Assembly (NCBI GenBank): GCA_036679605.1
Contig: JAZDCZ010000291.1
Location: forward strand, 1-64,000
Direction: 5' to 3'
DNA length: 64,000 nucleotides
Source of the DNA: Gemmatimonadota bacterium
GTDB lineage: Bacteria; Gemmatimonadota; Gemmatimonadetes; Gemmatimonadales; GWC2-71-9
Of this stretch, positions 20,611 to 30,676 are shown in pieces; the first letter of the stretch is position 1, and each line of letters begins with the position of its first letter. The notes beneath the pieces were generated by a model. It worked only from the letters and a program-made list of their open reading frames with translations. It had not been told where the DNA came from and did no database searches. A program made the translations under genes and the position numbers.

Positions 20611-21581
20611 TCTAGTTCTCCGGCTCCCGACCACCCGCAGTCGCAATCGACCGGTGGGCTTGGCGCCTGAGTGAGGTTCATCTCCCGAAGCCTGTGTTTG
20701 CGGGCAACTGCGCACGCAGGGCACTGCAATAGACTGTCGATATTCCAGAGGTCTACAAATGTTCGACCGCGTCCCAGCCCGATGCCGTATTCCAGAACCT
20801 CCTCTAACGATGTTATTGCAGGGGGCGTGAATAGTCCCTGCGTTGCCAACTGCTCCATGGCACCGTTCCCTGACCGTGTCGGAATCACTACGCAACACTC
20901 GACACCAATGGAAAAGGCATAGTCGAGCGAGCGCTTGGCCCAATTCAACCCTTGCTGTTCGTCTTGGTACGGAGCTTTGAGAAGAATGAAAGCACGCACC
21001 GGGATGCCGGCAGCGACTAGGAGTTCGGTTGCCGCCTCGTAGTCCTGCAAGGTCATTCGTTTATTGAGTCGTGGGAGAACTTCGGGATCTACCGTCTCGA
21101 GGCCCATGGCGACCTGCAATTCGGCGCCGAGCATGCCGGCGAACTCTTTGGCTCGTCGATCTACCAGGCGTGGATGGCACTCGACGATGACCGACTCTAG
21201 ATTGCCAACTAGAGTGACGATCCGGGGCCAATTATCTCGATGTATCGCTCGACCATCGAAGAAATTCCCCGAGTTGTAGAGCTTTACATGTTTGACCGGT
21301 GGTAGTCTTTCGAGTGCCCACTCTATCTGGTCGGGAACTGCGCCAACGACACTCGATTCTGTAGTCGTGTTCTTCCACAGATCGCACATTAAGCAGCGGA
21401 ACGGGCACTCCCTATTTGTGATGAAGATGGACGCCACATCGACTACTTCACCCGTACGCGTGCGCTCCCGCTCCACCCAATAGGCGTATGGCCTAGTCGG
21501 ATCAACCTCGTTGCGATTGCCCCGGTGGGCGAGTACCCAGCGGTCGTCCACAGCAGCCGATCTAAGTTTGGTAGACCTCAT
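20607..21581 (-). CDS. Radical SAM protein (resembles the archaeosine-synthase-beta/RaSEA-like clade)
   Basis: CPFRCLMC (CxxxCxxC), KLYNSGNFFD and VAMGLET; extra C-terminal CxxC and CxC. The subfamily call is from recall. Confidence 0.8.
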   Translation of the reverse strand: MRSTKLRSAAVDDRWVLAHRGNRNEVDPTRPYAYWVERERTRTGEVVDVASIFITNRECPFRCLMCDLWKNTTTESSVVGAVPDQIEWALERLPPVKHVKLYNSGNFFDGRAIHRDNWPRIVTLVGNLESVIVECHPRLVDRRAKEFAGMLGAELQVAMGLETVDPEVLPRLNKRMTLQDYEAATELLVAAGIPVRAFILLKAPYQDEQQGLNWAKRSLDYAFSIGVECCVVIPTRSGNGAMEQLATQGLFTPPAITSLEEVLEYGIGLGRGRTFVDLWNIDSLLQCPACAVARKHRLREMNLTQAPSPPVDCDCGWSGAGELE

Positions 21582-22899
21582 TGAGCGTCTGCCGGTAGGC
21601 GGCTTCTGATTCGGGGAATATTGCCGCGAGTGCATCGGGATGCGCCGCACCGTGCTGGAACCGCCGTTTCTCGAAGACAGGCATCTTCATGCCGGTCACC
21701 GCTGCAATCCCGTGCGATACTATCGCCCCTTTTAGATCGTACAACCGGTCGTGTTGCCAATCCGTGAGTTTGATGAAGGGAATACCTTCAGCGACGTCGA
21801 TCACGTTCGGCATCGTATAGGGGCTCAAACCGGTGAAACCCAAGGACGATGTCGGCGCATAGGTTCTAGCACACCCGCGACTCAAGCCCCCTGTGTAGGT
21901 GAGAGAGTGCTTGATCGAGTCCACACCCCAGCCCTCGTGATAGAGCATGAGATTGTTCAACACACTCTTGATCGTGAGTTCCGGATTCTCCTCAATTGGG
22001 TAATCCTTTAGATTTTCGTCACCGCCGTCACCGTCGATGAGATACTTCCAGCCGGGATAGCGCTCGCGAATACCCTGACATAATGCCAACGTCATGGCAC
22101 CCGCCTCGATGTCCAGTGGTTTGTAATCCTCAATGATGCGCACGGCCTCGCGGTAATCAATGTCGGCGGAGCGAACTTCTATTGGCTCCAGAAACAGCTG
22201 CAAATCGAGTGTCTCTAGGAACTGCCGCGCCTGTGTGAGATCCTGTCCTTCCCCATCCAAGGAGAGCGTAAAGGCCTTGAGCCGCGCCGGATTCAGACCC
22301 AGTTGCAACATTGTATGATAGACAACGAGAAAAACCGCACCACTGTCGATGCCGCCGGAGAAGAGGACGCCGATAGGTTCTTCTCGTGGCAAGTACTCGA
22401 GCCACTGTGTCACTTCAGACTGGACCGCCTCTATGTAGCGGCGTCCGATCACATCGACATCGGGTGGAAGAACTTCCCGCTGCGGTTCGAAAAACCTGGT
22501 ATAGATGGGGTTGGGGTCCGGACATCCGATAAGGGCAATCTCGGTGATGTAATGGGCCGGAACCATCCTGGTGTAAGAAGGGTGGAACTGATCCACCATC
22601 CCGTGCTGCTCCAGCCATTGCTTTATTGTTCCGATCCGGTCGGCCACAACCAGGATGGGACCGTCCGATTGCTTCGCTATGAAATAACGCATTGGCAGAC
22701 TGAGCGAACGCGCCATGTGAACGATCTGTCCACGCTGTGTGACAAGTGCGAACGTGCCGTCGATTTCGCGAACACCGCGCACATCGCCCGCCGTGACCAG
22801 CTCACGCGCCTCATCCACGGACATGTTGAAGATCATGTTCTTCGTTTGGTCGGTGAGATCGACCACTTTCTTCACGGGAGCCTGCGAAACCATCGTCAC
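21562..22899 (-). CDS. Asparagine synthetase-like ATP-dependent amide synthetase with a degenerate glutaminase domain
   Basis: PP-loop LFSGGIDS and GDGGDE; no N-terminal Cys. Confidence 0.8.
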   Translation of the reverse strand: MTMVSQAPVKKVVDLTDQTKNMIFNMSVDEARELVTAGDVRGVREIDGTFALVTQRGQIVHMARSLSLPMRYFIAKQSDGPILVVADRIGTIKQWLEQHGMVDQFHPSYTRMVPAHYITEIALIGCPDPNPIYTRFFEPQREVLPPDVDVIGRRYIEAVQSEVTQWLEYLPREEPIGVLFSGGIDSGAVFLVVYHTMLQLGLNPARLKAFTLSLDGEGQDLTQARQFLETLDLQLFLEPIEVRSADIDYREAVRIIEDYKPLDIEAGAMTLALCQGIRERYPGWKYLIDGDGGDENLKDYPIEENPELTIKSVLNNLMLYHEGWGVDSIKHSLTYTGGLSRGCARTYAPTSSLGFTGLSPYTMPNVIDVAEGIPFIKLTDWQHDRLYDLKGAIVSHGIAAVTGMKMPVFEKRRFQHGAAHPDALAAIFPESEAAYRQTLNEVYQT

Positions 22900-23606
22900 T
22901 TTCCTTCGGCTATCTCCAGCGCAGACGGTTCGCGGCGGTCCAGGGTGCCCAGCACTGCGTCCCAGACGGGTGAACTCACGCCGAAATTGAGATCGGAGTT
23001 CTGATAATGGTGGCGGAAGTGGTGCTTTTTGAGATATCGGCCGAACGCTGTGCGCGGCCGAAAATGGTGCACAGTATAGTGAATGGTGTCGTACGACAGA
23101 TAACCGGCTACGAAACCGGCGAAGACTGCGAAGGAGTGTGCGTCCAACAGCCAGCGGAACAAGAAGTAGAATGCTGTGGCCAGCGGGATGCTAACGCCCG
23201 GCGGCATCACAAGTCGCCGAGAGTCATTGGGAAAATCGTGGTGCACTCCGTGAGCTATGAAGTACCAGACTTGTCGCCAGCCATCGAGTGCGGGGATTAC
23301 GGGTTGGTCATCTTTGAGCCCGCTAACGGCTTCGTGAGCTGCTTGCTCGGTCTCCGGAGCTACGTGAAAAGTGAATCGGTGTACGACGTATTCCGTCAGG
23401 CTCCAGATCACTGTGCCGGCGACGAACAACGCCACTATTATGCCGATAGACTCCTCTGCGCGGTATCCTCTGTACAGCAGGTAGCCAATTAGCGGAAGGT
23501 AGAGAATATGGGGTACCGCGGGGTGTACATAGGTAAATTTTTCGAGAAAGCCGTTTCCGAACATCCGGACCGACTTATCTTTATTCGTAACGTAGTGTTC
23601 TGTCAT
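22896..23606 (-). CDS. Fatty-acid hydroxylase/sterol desaturase family (FA2H/Scs7-like)
   Basis: His boxes HRFTFH, HGVHH, HYTVHH and HFRHH; RLVMPP; NFGVSS. Start at ATG 23606. Confidence 0.88.
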   Translation of the reverse strand: MTEHYVTNKDKSVRMFGNGFLEKFTYVHPAVPHILYLPLIGYLLYRGYRAEESIGIIVALFVAGTVIWSLTEYVVHRFTFHVAPETEQAAHEAVSGLKDDQPVIPALDGWRQVWYFIAHGVHHDFPNDSRRLVMPPGVSIPLATAFYFLFRWLLDAHSFAVFAGFVAGYLSYDTIHYTVHHFRPRTAFGRYLKKHHFRHHYQNSDLNFGVSSPVWDAVLGTLDRREPSALEIAEGK

Positions 23607-23754
23607 GGATCCCACATTTGGCAACAGTAACCGGTTATCTCCGGATGCGTGCCACATCGCGATCCGGTGGCTGGTCCCGCAACAAGTCTCGATAGATTGC
23701 TGTGGTAATGCAAGAAAAGTAACAGAACAGGCGAAAAGGCAAAGAGCCTATCAG

Positions 23755-24773
23755 GCGGCGTCTCTCACCGTTTTCTCGGGTGTTCGGCTGATCGACGGGA
23801 CCGGCGGGAGCCCGATCGAGGACGCCACGATCGTGGTACGCGATGGGCGAATCGAGTCGATCGGTCGCGCTGAGTCGGTTGCCGTGCCCCGTGGCGGCAA
23901 CCACTTAAATCTGATTGGGCGCACTGTCCTTCCGGGTTTTATCAATGCGCACGGCCACGTTGGTGCGACGAGTCAAGTGGATGGCGCCGCGCTGGGGCGA
24001 GCACTGGTGAATGAACTGCGCCTGTATGCGCGTTACGGTATCACGACTGTCAACAGCCTCGGAGGTGAGGGTGCCGAAGCTGTAGCCTTGCGTGAGGCCC
24101 AGAATTCTTCAGCGCTCAATAGGGCTCGCATCTACGTTGCCGGCACGGTCGTGACCGGAGACACGCCGGAAGAGGCTCTACGAGTAGTAGACCAGAACGC
24201 CCGACTCGAGGTCGACTTCATCAAGATCCGGGTAGACGACAACCTCGGCAGCACGAATAAAATGGCTCCCCGTGTTTATCGGGCGGTGATCGAAGGCGCG
24301 CACGAGCGTCACCTACGCGTGGCCTCGCATCTCTTTTACTTGGAGGATGCAAAAGGGTTACTGCGAGCCGGCGCGGATCTAGTGGCCCCGCCCGTCAACG
24401 AAGAGTTCGCGAGAGTGAGAGTGCGCAACGCTACAAGGAAGCGCTGCGAGTGGCATTACGGAACCTGAGGCGGGTAGTGGACGGTGGTGCGACCGTCGCG
24501 TTCGGAACAGACACCGGTCCCTTCGGGCGATTTCAGGGTTACTTCGAGCACATGGAGATGAAGTTGATGGCCGAGGCTGGACTCACACCGATGCAAATTA
24601 TTGTGTCCGCCACGGGTGATGCCGCAAGGTGTCTTGGATTGACCGACGTAGGCACGTTGGAGGTCGGTAAGTGGGCCGACTTGGTTGTGCTCGCTCGAGA
24701 TCCCCTCGCCGACATCACAAACTCCCGCAGCATCGAATCGGTATGGATCGCGGGGAACAGAGTGTCCTACTGA
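23755..24773 (+). pseudogene. Amidohydrolase, internally deleted and frameshifted near 24387; start unclear
   Basis: LIDGTGG and PGFINAHGH lie in one frame, FGTDTG and GTLEVGKWADLVVL in another; the middle segment appears to be missing. Confidence 0.7.
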
Positions 24774-27016
24774 ATCAGCGTACGCGTGAACTTCAGCATG
24801 AAGGTGCGATTCTGCGAAACGGGCAGCCGCGGTTCGCCGATGATGGAGTCTCGGTCGGTGTTGAAGCCCTCATCGTAGACCAACCACAGATCGTTGCCCT
24901 GGCTGAAGTGATAGCGCAGGCGTGCATTGACGCTCGCGAGGTCACCGGTGCTCGTGTACTGAATCAAAGTGTTGAGCGAGAGGTGAATATCCAGCGCCGT
25001 CTGAATTCTAAACATCAAGAGATGTGTGTCAAGCGACACATCGCGGTCGTTGAAGCGGATGATGTTGAGAGCATAGCTGCCCCCTAATTCTAAGTGCCTA
25101 GATATGCTCCACGAGGGTCCCGATTCCAGTGACACGCGGTAGCCGTCGAAAAAACTTCCTGCCGCGACCGACATGTTGGGACGGAAAATTCCCTGGCGCG
25201 AACTCATGACTGTAAGCCGTCCTTCGTGAAACCAGTAGTTGCCCGTCGGGATTTCGGCTCCGCCGGCAAGCTCGAAAGTGTCGAGTACGCTTTCGTAGCT
25301 GCTCTTCATCGAAAGATTTATCATCGCTGAAGACTTGAACTCGAAGTTCAGGCTCGGTTGAACGGCGCCCGACTCGACCATCTTATCTCCGTTCCTCAAG
25401 AAGCCTTGCACTTGGTTCCTAATCGCGATGGTTCGAAACGGAGAGTTCTCGCCTTGGAACCACTGATACTGGAGACCGTTCCGCAGAAATGTGAAATCAC
25501 GGCGGCGGATGAAGCCGAGTTCGGGGTCGTAGCTGTTGCCGGAGCGAATGTAGTCTCCGGAGTAACTGAAGCCGTCGTCATTACGGCGTTCCCAGCGGGC
25601 CAGGAAAAGGCCTCGATCGACTAATCCTACTCCCGACGGATCGGAGTCGTCGAACGTTTGGACCAACTTCACGGTCATGTATTCGTCTCCGAAAGGGCGT
25701 ATCACACCATCCAGCCCGACCGCAACGTTGTAACTTCCGTCTTCGCCCGCGCGCGTCGTAGTGATGGCACCGACGGTCGAAAACGAATTCAGAACCTGTT
25801 GGCGGATACGGAAGACCCCGAAATTTTCCGACGGCGCTCCGTTTGCGGCGTCCGTCTGCATGTTGAGCACGCCGATGTCGGTCCCACCCATTCGTCCTAC
25901 CAGCCGGACACCGCCGAAAATTCTAAGCGGCACACCGTCGCTCAACCCGATCCGGCGGCTATGGAACAGACGGTCCTGACCGCCGGTACTGAACTCGAAA
26001 GTGCTCGCGCGCTCTTGGAAAAACTGTCGTTTTTCCGGAAAGAAGAGAGAGAATCGCGTGAGGTTTACCTGCTGGTCGTCGACCTCGACCTGGGCAAAGT
26101 CGGTGTTGGCGGTCAGATCCAACGTGAGATTGGACGTGGGATTGTATTTAATGTCCAAGCCGGCCTCGTTAGTTCGATCGTTGTCGAACCCGTATGCGGT
26201 CCCGCCGGCATTGAGTTCAGCTGCCCGTGTCGTGCCTCCCAACACGTAGGGCGTGAAGTACGTCGGGTTCTTGCTGTGCACGCCCTCGAGCGACACTCGC
26301 TGCGCCTGAGACGGTTTAGCGAAGGCAAGTTCCCAGTTGGGTGGAATGGCCGGGAACATGTGCCGTTCGGCCTTACGTGCGATGAGCCGGTAAACGATGA
26401 TCCCCATCTCTACATGACCGTCCTCGTCCTGGAAACCCAGGCTCGAAAGTGGAATTCTCATCTCCGCGAACCAGCCATCCTCGTTCTGTTGCGTCTTCAC
26501 ATCCCAAAAGGTGTTCCAATTGGTATTTGCAAAATTGCGTCCTGTGAACTCCGCGTCGTTCGAGACCGAGCGGTCCGTCTGCACACCCGCGGGGGTGGTA
26601 GAAAACCAAAGGGCTGTCTCGTGATCGTTGAACGAGTCGATCACGATCGATAGGAGATCGTCACCGCTGTAACGGTCGCGATAGAGTGTGTTGGCACGCA
26701 CTCCATCCGGATCGGAGTCGTACAAACGTCCCGCGACCCAGAGGTAGTTGTCATCGTAGCCGATCAGGATCTCTGTCGTTTCTGTGGCGGTGCCGCCAAA
26801 TGTGGGCTGGAATACCGTCATCGGCAACGGCTCGACGGCCTGCCACGCCGCGTCGTCGATGATCCCGTCCAATTCGACCGGTCCGGAAAGTCTGGTCAGT
26901 GGCATCACGGTCTCACCGTTCGTTTGCGCCCGAGCAATCGCAGGGGCAAGCCACGTCAAGACGGTGGTCAGCAATACGAGGGAATAGGGCGGTGGGGAGT
27001 TTCTTATCACACTCAT
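24767..27016 (-). CDS. DUF5916 / CBM9-like domain outer-membrane protein
   Basis: Signal peptide, LDGIIDD, WFAEMRIP and NTDFAQVEVD...NLTRFSLFFPEKRQFF. Confidence 0.85.
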   Translation of the reverse strand: MSVIRNSPPPYSLVLLTTVLTWLAPAIARAQTNGETVMPLTRLSGPVELDGIIDDAAWQAVEPLPMTVFQPTFGGTATETTEILIGYDDNYLWVAGRLYDSDPDGVRANTLYRDRYSGDDLLSIVIDSFNDHETALWFSTTPAGVQTDRSVSNDAEFTGRNFANTNWNTFWDVKTQQNEDGWFAEMRIPLSSLGFQDEDGHVEMGIIVYRLIARKAERHMFPAIPPNWELAFAKPSQAQRVSLEGVHSKNPTYFTPYVLGGTTRAAELNAGGTAYGFDNDRTNEAGLDIKYNPTSNLTLDLTANTDFAQVEVDDQQVNLTRFSLFFPEKRQFFQERASTFEFSTGGQDRLFHSRRIGLSDGVPLRIFGGVRLVGRMGGTDIGVLNMQTDAANGAPSENFGVFRIRQQVLNSFSTVGAITTTRAGEDGSYNVAVGLDGVIRPFGDEYMTVKLVQTFDDSDPSGVGLVDRGLFLARWERRNDDGFSYSGDYIRSGNSYDPELGFIRRRDFTFLRNGLQYQWFQGENSPFRTIAIRNQVQGFLRNGDKMVESGAVQPSLNFEFKSSAMINLSMKSSYESVLDTFELAGGAEIPTGNYWFHEGRLTVMSSRQGIFRPNMSVAAGSFFDGYRVSLESGPSWSISRHLELGGSYALNIIRFNDRDVSLDTHLLMFRIQTALDIHLSLNTLIQYTSTGDLASVNARLRYHFSQGNDLWLVYDEGFNTDRDSIIGEPRLPVSQNRTFMLKFTRTLIQ

Positions 27017-27187
27017 TCCATGCTGATTGTCTTTGGGCTACAGGCAGCGTCAGGCGCTCTCGGTCAGGATAAGAATAACCCGTACGCATGTTCAAAGTAT
27101 TAAGCTGGGGCCTTGCATCCTTCCGAACACGGTTGCAAGCTCAAATGTTTCGTAATCTTGGCCAATCAATTTGGTGCGGAGGACAGA

Positions 27188-28549
27188 ATGAAGCGCTCGA
27201 TGATGCTGCTGGCAATACTGGTGGGTTCCCCGGTCGTGGCTCGAGCGCAGTCGGGTCCGCCGCCGGGTCGGATGCGGTTCGCGTTGGTCGGTGATGCGAT
27301 CTTGAGCCGGCGGCTCTCACCTTATGAGGAGCCCGGGTACCTGGCGATGATCGAGATCGTTCGCGGCGCCGATGCCGCGTTCGCTAATCTCGAGGTGCTG
27401 TTTCGCGATCGCGGGGATGGTTATCCAGCTACGCACAGCGGAGGGACATGGATGTCCGCCGAGCCTGCGCTGGCCGGTGAGCTGGTATGGGCCGGGTTCG
27501 ATCTGGTCAGCCGTGCAAACAATCACACGATGGACTACGGCGTAGGAGGCCTACGTGCGACGACTCGGGCGCTGGATGCGGTGGGTCTGGTGCACGCTGG
27601 TGCAGGCGACAATCTTGCCCGTGCCCGCGCTCCGGCGTACCTGGAGACCGCGTTAGGGCGTGTGGCGCTGATCTCGGTCGCGTCGACTTTCTCTGACGAA
27701 GATCGGGCGGGTCCCCAGCGTGCGGACCTAAGAGGAAGGCCGGGCTTGAGTCCGTTGCGCTACGACGCGACTTACGTATTGACTTCGGAATCTCTCTCCA
27801 AGCTTCGTGAGGTCGCAGCGGAGGTGGGAATCCGCACGGGCACCGGTGACCGCATGCGCTTCCTGGGGCGACAATTCGAGGTCGGCGATCGACCCGGAGT
27901 GCGCACTGCACCGAACGAGCACGATCTCGCACAGATAGTAGCTGCCGTGGGAGAGGCCAAACGCCAAGCCGACTGGGTGATCGTAACGAGTCACACTCAC
28001 GAGAGTGCGGGAAGTCGCGAAGTTCCAGCTGAGTTTCTTGTGACGTTCGCGCACGCCGTGGTGGACGCAGGTGCAGACATGTTCGTCGGGCACGGTCCCC
28101 ACGTGCTACGCGGCGTCGAGATCTACGAGGGTAAGCCGATCTTCTACAGCCTGGCGAACTTCATATTCGAGAACGAAACGATCCGGTTTCTCCCTGGAGA
28201 CATTTACGAGCAGTACGACTTGCCTGCGGACGCAAACCCGGCCGACCTGTTCGACCGCCGCACGGAGAGTAGCCGGACCGGCGGTTTCCCCGGTCAGCGG
28301 ATGTTCTGGGAAAGTGTGATTGCCGTGCCAACGTTCGAAGACGGTGAACTAGTTGAGTTGAAGTTCCATCCTATCACGTTGGGGTTCGGCAAGCCGAGGC
28401 CGCAGCGTGGTCGGCCCGTTCTGGCGGGTCCCGAAGACGGGAGACGGATTATCGAACAGCTAGCCGAGTTGTCTCGACCGTTCGGTGTATCGATCCGGTA
28501 TGTGAGCGAGGAGAACGTTGGGGTCATGGCAGGAAAGGCCTCGCGCTAG
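27188..28549 (+). CDS. CapA/PgsA-family metallophosphoesterase-fold protein
   Basis: VGD, ANLE, ANNHTMDYG, GHGPH and IFYSLANF; signal peptide from ATG 27188. Confidence 0.88.
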   Translation: MKRSMMLLAILVGSPVVARAQSGPPPGRMRFALVGDAILSRRLSPYEEPGYLAMIEIVRGADAAFANLEVLFRDRGDGYPATHSGGTWMSAEPALAGELVWAGFDLVSRANNHTMDYGVGGLRATTRALDAVGLVHAGAGDNLARARAPAYLETALGRVALISVASTFSDEDRAGPQRADLRGRPGLSPLRYDATYVLTSESLSKLREVAAEVGIRTGTGDRMRFLGRQFEVGDRPGVRTAPNEHDLAQIVAAVGEAKRQADWVIVTSHTHESAGSREVPAEFLVTFAHAVVDAGADMFVGHGPHVLRGVEIYEGKPIFYSLANFIFENETIRFLPGDIYEQYDLPADANPADLFDRRTESSRTGGFPGQRMFWESVIAVPTFEDGELVELKFHPITLGFGKPRPQRGRPVLAGPEDGRRIIEQLAELSRPFGVSIRYVSEENVGVMAGKASR

Positions 28550-28604
28550 TGAGCTACACGGGTTGCGTGCCGGCTTACCTGTAGCGATCTTTTTTCGCCT
28601 TCTA

Positions 28605-28678
28605 GCCCCGCTAGCTCAACTGGCTAGAGCAACTGACTCTTAATCAGTAGGTTCGGGGTTCGAGTCCCTGGCGGGGTA
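28605..28678 (+). tRNA. tRNA-Lys(CTT)
   Basis: Acceptor GCCCCGC/GCGGGGT; anticodon arm ACTGA-CTCTTAA-TCAGT; T loop TTCGAGT. Confidence 0.96.
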
Positions 28679-28969
28679 CTGTCATCCCAATGTGCTTGTG
28701 CTCCTTGCTTTGCCAGAGGGGGACGTATCGGGGTTCACGAACGGCCGCTTGTGGGCGGCCGTTTGTGCGCTCGCTTCGGCTCAATCGCTTTCGCGATTTT
28801 CCCTCAGCTCCGCGTCAAGTCCCTGGCGGGGTACTGTCATCGCAACATGTTTGAGCTCCTTGCCTTGTCGGAAGGAGACGTATCGGCGTTGATCTGCGCG
28901 AGGGCTTTGCCCGTACTCGATCCGCTCTTCCCACCCCAACACCTTACCCCTCGCGTCGAGTCTCTGGCG
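28662..28969 (+). repeat. Tandem tRNA-Lys 3'-end repeats with T-loop inserts
   Basis: About 70 bp at 28662-28731 is repeated at 28817-28886. T-arm halves TCGGGGTTC and AAGTCCCTGGCGGGGTA are separated by an 80-bp insert. A decayed third unit ends at 28969. Confidence 0.85.
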
Positions 28970-29010
28970 ACCGCCCTCGCCGACGGCTCCAGTTGCGGTA
29001 GCATCCCGTC

Positions 29011-29748
29011 CTATACGGGCGTTACGACGCCGTTCTCGCCTGGTGATTTGAGGCGGTTGATGGGTCGTTGTTGCGCCATCACGCGTTCGGCGAAGTCGAG
29101 CCGTTCGGCAAGTTCCGCCAGCTGACCGGCGTTCTCGGCAAACTGCTGCGCTTGCCGATCGCGCATCTCCGCAAATCGCATTTCAATCAACTCTTCGGCG
29201 TCCGCAAAGCGCGACGCCACGGCTGCGAGCCGGTTCACGTCTTCCGCCTGGAGGCGCGGAGCACGCGAACGCTGCGGCAGGAGACCGAACGCCACAAGGG
29301 CGCGTCGAGGGAGCTTGGCCACGAACTCGAGGGCCGTGATAGCGTAATGGAACGGATTGACCGTTCGAGCCAGGGCTGTGAAGCGGGTGGCCTCGTATAC
29401 GCCCAATGCCATGTCGATGATATCGAGGATTTCCTGGTCCGCGCCGTCGGCATACCGGGAGTGGAAGATGTTCCGGAGGACCGCGACATCCATCCGCACG
29501 GTCGGGCCGGGATCGGTGACGTTGGCAGTCGCTGCATCCAGTCCGGCGGCGTGCACGACCTGGATTACGCGCGGCAGCATCCGGTTGATCTCTGAACGGG
29601 CACTTTGCGCTCCATCCCAGTCCACCAGCAGGTCGTCCGCAACGTAGCCGGCACGCTCGAAATAGGTCTCCACCAGCTCGCGGAAGCGGCGGAGATCTCG
29701 CGATCGTTGGCGGTTTCTGAAGATCGTAAGCTTGTTGCAGGGTATCAT
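29011..29748 (-). CDS. Hypothetical protein with a C-terminal coiled coil
   Basis: 245-aa ORF with SD-like AGGA upstream; terminal LAELAERLDFAER. Confidence 0.65.
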   Translation of the reverse strand: MIPCNKLTIFRNRQRSRDLRRFRELVETYFERAGYVADDLLVDWDGAQSARSEINRMLPRVIQVVHAAGLDAATANVTDPGPTVRMDVAVLRNIFHSRYADGADQEILDIIDMALGVYEATRFTALARTVNPFHYAITALEFVAKLPRRALVAFGLLPQRSRAPRLQAEDVNRLAAVASRFADAEELIEMRFAEMRDRQAQQFAENAGQLAELAERLDFAERVMAQQRPINRLKSPGENGVVTPV

Positions 29749-29905
29749 GGTGTCCTGGACGAGAAAGAGTGTTCGTGGGTTTCAACAGCGGCTACTCGCC
29801 GCAGCCCCCACGGCTCGTATGTCCCTATGCCGGCCGGTGTTCGACCCTGCACTGGTGTACAGCTCTATGCGCTCAATTACCTCAAGCGTAATATACCGCA
29901 ACAAG

Positions 29906-30043
29906 TTTCTCTTCAACAACTTCTAGTTTTTGACGGGCGCCTTATGGCGTGGCCATTCGTGGGGCCCCAAATGGGACCCCAAATCCCTCGCACCTCGCAC
30001 TTTCTGGCCGGGCCTTGCATCTTCTAGCCCCATGACCGAAATC
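29906..30043 (+). repeat. About 140-bp leader repeat, with a second copy at about 35376-35518
   Basis: Both copies share TTTCTCTTCAACAACTTCT, TGGGACCCCAAA, CACCTCGCACTT and CTTCTAG..ATGAC. Confidence 0.8.
29995..30023 (+). promoter_or_regulatory. Putative leaderless promoter, copy 1
   Basis: TCGCAC-N17-CATCTT, with ATG 8 nt downstream (30032). Confidence 0.6.
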
Positions 30044-30676
30044 ACGTCCAAGCTTCCAGTGCCCTCGCCGACCGCTACCGTATCGAGCCACTTGGGCGAA
30101 GGTGGCATGGCGACGGTTGACCTGGTGCACGGTGTGAAGCACGACCGCTATTCACGATGGGACTCATGTCGCCGAGTTGCTGGAGTCACCGTGGCGCTGA
30201 CCGTTATGATGGCCTGTGCCACCTCGACACCTCCTTCCCTCACGCCGCTGGCCACACTTGAACACACAGAGGCATGGATTACCGAGTGGCTGCCGCGGCT
30301 GGCATCCGGTCGCATCCTCCGAGGAGAGATTGTCACGATACTGACCGTGACTGATGTAAGCGTTAAAGAGTGCGAGGTTCGCTTCCGCATGATCTGGGAT
30401 GCCGAGTTAGTAGTGGGGCCAGACGCCGGGCCCATCGGCCCGGGAACTATCCGAGAGGAGAGCTTCTCATGGGCCGAGGTCAGTACGATCAGCATCACAC
30501 AGTCGGAGGCGTCCGATGGCTTGGTCGGGATCAGTTTTGCCCTGCCGGGTGAAAAGACGGTCGACATCATTGCGTTCTCATTCGCCGACGCGCTCGCGAA
30601 CGCCTTTCGCCACTCACGGGACATGTGCCGAGCGCCGGTCTCTTCCGAGGATCTGAAGGCGAAGGTGGGGAATTGA
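30032..30676 (+). CDS. Chimeric ORF: kinase 5' stub + unknown putative lipoprotein + kinase 3' stub
   Basis: Begins MTEITSKL...HLGEGGMATV, contains VALTVMMAC (lipobox-like) and ends EDLKAKVGN. Confidence 0.7.
   Translation: MTEITSKLPVPSPTATVSSHLGEGGMATVDLVHGVKHDRYSRWDSCRRVAGVTVALTVMMACATSTPPSLTPLATLEHTEAWITEWLPRLASGRILRGEIVTILTVTDVSVKECEVRFRMIWDAELVVGPDAGPIGPGTIREESFSWAEVSTISITQSEASDGLVGISFALPGEKTVDIIAFSFADALANAFRHSRDMCRAPVSSEDLKAKVGN

Noticed and set aside
20611..20943. 111-aa N-terminal extension of the halogenase in the ORF track
   Set aside because: It overlaps the rSAM gene; ATG 20610 gives a normal Rossmann start and an ATGA overlap.
28662..28969. CRISPR array
   Set aside because: Only 2-3 degenerate units derived from the tRNA 3' end, and no cas genes.
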